From Mobula hypostoma (lineage: Eukaryota): a stretch of 64,000 nucleotides of DNA. The stretch is from contig NC_086097.1 of the NCBI RefSeq assembly GCF_963921235.1, positions 179,182,001 to 179,246,000 on the forward strand, written 5' to 3'. Below are positions 60,105 to 64,000 of the stretch, one piece after another. Every line of letters starts with the position of its first letter. The first letter of the stretch is position 1. Made by a program: the position numbers and the translations under genes. The notes beneath the pieces are model-generated. The model saw only the letters and a program-made list of their open reading frames with translations, was not told the origin of the DNA and searched no databases.

Positions 60105-61750
60105 TGGATGGGAGGGGTTTGTGGGGACATGGTCTGGAGGGGAGGGGTTTGTGGGGACATGGTCTGGAGGGGAGGGGTTTGTAGGGACATGGTCTGGAGG
60201 GGAGGGGTTTGTAGGGACATGGTCTGGATGGGAGGGGTTTGTAGGGACGTGGTCTGGATCGGAGGGTTTGTAGGGATGTGGTCTGGATGGGAAGGGTTTG
60301 TAGGGACGTGGTCTGGATGGGAAGGGTTTGTAGGGACGTGGTCTGGATGGGGGGGTTTGTAGGGACGTGGTCTGGATGGGAGGGAGGGTTTGTAGGGACG
60401 TGGTGTGGATGGGGGGGAGGGTTTGTAGGGAACGTGGTGTGGATGCGAGGGAGGGTTTGTAGGGACGTGGTCCAGATGGGGGGAGGTTTGTAGGGACGCG
60501 GTCTGGATGGGGGAGTTTGAAGGGACGTGGTCTGGATGGGAGGGGTTTGTAGGGACGTGGTCTGGATGGGGGGTTTGTAGGGACGTGGTCTGGATGGGGG
60601 GTGTTTGTAGCTACGTGGTCTGGAGGGGGGGTGTTTGTAGGGACGTGGTCTGGATGGGAGGGGTTTGTAGGGACATGGTCTGGATGGGAGGGAGGGTTTG
60701 TAGGGACGTGGTCTGGATGGGGGGAGTTTGTAGGGACGTGGTCTGGATGGGGGGAGTTTGTAGGGACGTGGTCTGGATGGGAGGGAGGGTTTGTAGGGAC
60801 GTGGTCTGGATGGGAGGGAGGGTTTGTAGGGACGTGGTCTGGATGGGAGGGAGGGTTTGTAGGGACGTGGTCTGGATGGGGGGTTTGTAGGGACGTGGTC
60901 TGGATGGGAGGGGGGGGGGTTTGTAGGGACGTGGTCCGGATGGGGAGGTTTGTAGGGATGTGGTCCGGATGGGAGGGGAGGGGTTTGTAGGGACATGGTC
61001 TGGATGGGGGCGAGGGGTTTGTAGGGATGTGGTCCGGAGGGGAGGGGTTTGTAGGGACGTGGTCCGGATGGGAGGGGAGGGGTTTGTAGGGACGTGGTCC
61101 GGATGGGAGGGGAGGGGTTGTAGGGACGTGGTCCGGATGGGAGCGGAGGGGTTTGTAGGGACGTGGTCCAGATGGGAGGGTTTGTAGGGACGTGGTCCGC
61201 ATGGGAGGGTTTGTAGGGAGGTGGTCCGGATGGGAAGGGTTTGTAGGGATGTGGTCCGGATGGGAGGGGAGGGGTTTGTAGGGACGTGGTCTGGATGGGG
61301 GGGGGGTTTGTAGGGACGTGGTCTGGATGGGGGGGGGTTTGTAGGGATGTGGTCTGGATGGGGAGGGGTTTGTAGAGACGTCTAGATGGGTGGGTTTGTA
61401 GAGACGTGGTCTGGGATGGGAGGGTTTGTAGGGATGTGGTCTGGATGGGGGGGATTTGTAGAGATGTGGTCTGGATAGGAGGGTTTGTAGGGATGTGGTC
61501 TGGATGGGGGGGATTTGTAGAGACATGGTCTGGATGGGAGGGTTTGTAGGGATGTGGTCTGGATGGGGGGGGATTTGTAGAGACGTGGTCTGGACGGGGG
61601 GGAGGGGTTTGTAGAGACGTGGTCTAGATGGGTGGGTTTGTAGAGACGTGGTCTGGATGGGAGGGGGGGGTTTGTAGGGACGTGGTCTGGATGGGGGGGG
61701 ATTTGTAGAGACGTGGTCTGGATGGGAGGGGTTAGTAGGGTGGTGGTCTG
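60105..61750 (+). repeat. G-rich minisatellite, unit about 28-33 bp (TGGATGGGAGGGGTTTGTAGGGACGTGGTC), roughly 55 copies
   Basis: Directly visible tandem array with a variable G-tract, flanked on both sides by contiguous CR1 3'UTR. Confidence 0.97.
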
Positions 61751-62873
61751 TGTGCTAGTAGATGGAACTAGGCAGAAAACCAGATCAGCATTGTCTAGAT
61801 GAGCTGAAGGACCTCTTTCTGTGCTGCTTACAGACTCTAGTAGAGTTGCTCAGATAAGTCAAACAACGGCTTATGTACTCTATCCGGTGTCTTTGTGATA
61901 GTGATTTCTCTTTCAAATACCCTGGTGGTTAAACACAATGGAAATTCCTAAGGTCAAATTTGGGTCCAAATTTGTCTTTACCTTGTCGGGCCTCTATGCA
62001 ACCTCTTTCCCAGACCACATTTAGCACCCACTGTCCAGAGGGTGAAAGGACATAGTCTTTTTCCCAGGGGTAGTAGTTGGCTGCTAATATAAGGGGCATA
62101 GGTTTAAGGTCAGAGGTGGGAGATTTAAAGGGATGTCAGTGCAGTTTCTTCACACAAAGGTTGGTGTACATTTGGAATGAGCTGCCGGAAATAGTAATGG
62201 ACGAGGCAGATACAGCACATTAGCAACATTTAAAAAAAAATCTGTTAAGTATATGGATAAGAGAGGTTTAGAGGGCTATGGGCCAATTGCAGGCAGATAG
62301 GACTAGCTCACTGGGCAGCATAGTAGGCATGGACTAGTTGGGCTGAAGGGCCTGCGCCATTCTCTGACTTTGTGATCTTGTATACCTCTATCAGTTCACC
62401 CCTCAAACTCCTACATTCCAGGAAATCAAGTATTAGTGTGTGAAATCTCTTCTTGTCATGAGGGCCCCCACGTCTGGGCAACAAACTGGTAAATTCTTTC
62501 TGCACTCTAGATCTGGGAGGGTGTTGGTGGGAATCTGGGGAGAATAAAATGGGGTTAATGTAGGGTTGGTGTAAATGGGTGTTTGATGGTTGGCAGAGAT
62601 GTGTAGGGCTGTTTCCCTGCTGTGTGACTGTCATTAACAGTGACCATGTCCGACAATCAGATTGTTGTGAAAACACACCTGGTGCCATGATGTTCTTCAG
62701 AATGAGAAAGCTACTCTCTACCTGGTCTGGACGACATGTCACACCAGACCCACCAATATGCTTGAATCCTAACTGCCTGTTCAGCCTGAGACACTGTAAT
62801 GGACAATATTGCTGTATCACCAACTAATAAAAATGGATAAGTTCACTCAGGCCAAACCCAAGCGTCAGGTAGT

Positions 62874-63463
62874 CGCACACACAAAATGATGGAGGAACTC
62901 AGCAGGCCAGGCAGCATTGAGGGGGAAAAAGTACAGTCAACTTTTTGGGCCAAGACCCTTTGGCAGGATTGGAGGAAAAAAAGATGAGTAGATTTAAAAG
63001 GTGGGGGAGAAAAGAGAGAAACGCAAGCTGACAGGTGAAACTGGGATGGGGAGGGATGAAGTAAAGAGAGTAACGGGTCTGGGTAAGCACGTGGTTGAAG
63101 AGTCGGAGAGCAGCCGAGATCACAGAGGGGAAGCAGTGAAAAAGTTTCACTGAACTCCTGTCGAAGGGAAGGTTTAAACTTCTTCAGGGTAGGTATCCCT
63201 GGAAGAGACTTCACAGTATAGTAATCCAATCACAAACGAGAAAATCTGCAGACATGGGAAATTCAAGCAACGTGCAAAAAATGCTGGAGGAATTCAGCAG
63301 GCTAGGTAGCATCTTTTTTTCCCTCCAGTCCTGCCAAAAGGTCTTGGTCCGAAATGTCGACTGTACTTTTTTCCATTGATGCTGCCTGGCCTGCTGAGTT
63401 CCTCCAGCATTTTGTGTGCGTTGCTTGGATTTTCAGCATCTGCAGATTTTCTCTTGCTTGTCA
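62874..63463. mobile_element. Composite Penelope terminal-repeat insertion (two tandem minus-strand segments plus one inverted copy)
   Basis: Repeat segments at about 62874-63060 and 63231-63313 (minus) and 63320-63460 (plus); direct repeat TCAGGTAGT at 62865-62873 and 63464-63472. Confidence 0.75.
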
Positions 63464-64000
63464 TCAGGTAGTTGATTATTATTGTCATAGGGACTGAGAT
63501 AGAGTGAAAAGCTTTTGTTTTGCATGCCATCTGCATTGGTCTTTCCATCTATTAGAACATTGAGGTAAACAGAATATGGAGTTTTTTATGCAGAGGAAGT
63601 ACAGTGCAGGCAGATGCAAGGTCAGTGACAGAGTAGATCAAGAGTTACTTTTTACCATCAGAGAGATCCATTCATGCAACTTCTTTGAGGTCACCTTTCA
63701 TTCTCCTGTGCTCCAAGAAATAAAGATGCAGGGTTGCCAACCTTTGCCTATTACTCATTTCCTCTTTTGAAATTGGTTTATTATTGTCACATGTACCAAC
63801 ATTCAGTGAAAAGCTCGAGGAAGACACACAACATGATGGGGGAAACTCGACAAGTCAGGCTGCATCTGTGAAGGGAAATAAATGGTTGATGTTTTGGGCT
63901 GTGACCCTTCATCAGGACTGGAAAGAAAGGGGGTAAAAGCCAGATTAAGAAGGGAGAGGAATGAGGACAAACTAGCAGGTGACAGGTGAAACAAGAGGAA

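Noticed and set aside
59971..61526. Long Pro-rich ORFs (341 and 484 aa) and overlapping Gly/Trp-rich ORFs
   Set aside because: They are translations of the stop-poor minisatellite, whose variable unit length constantly shifts frame.

Overview
Eukaryotic vertebrate genomic DNA. The repeat content (dense CR1, Rex1, Penelope, Tc1, tRNA-SINEs) suggests a cartilaginous fish, probably a ray or skate (inference). One complete protein-coding gene is present: IMPACT (GCN1-binding GCN2 inhibitor; RWD plus UPF0029/YigZ domain) on the minus strand. It has 11 coding exons that I reconstructed by hand from 44296 to 2956 with GT-AG sites and consistent phases, giving 313 aa (305 aa if the inner exon-6 acceptor is used). 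Its CpG-rich promoter lies at about 44700-44910. A second CpG island at about 58790-59460 is probably the promoter or first exon of another gene. The rest is mostly transposon-derived: a full-length IR/DR Tc1, an internally deleted Tigger/pogo with a long internal hairpin, a probable hAT MITE, a young Rex1 RT, many CR1 fragments, two tRNA-SINEs, a candidate bipartite RTE element and two G-rich minisatellites that grew inside LINE tails. The most notable system is a set of Penelope-like insertions, mostly fold-backs bounded by direct repeats, that carry minimal hammerhead ribozyme motifs. I see no evidence of a wholly new gene system, and most listed ORFs are TE fragments or noise.
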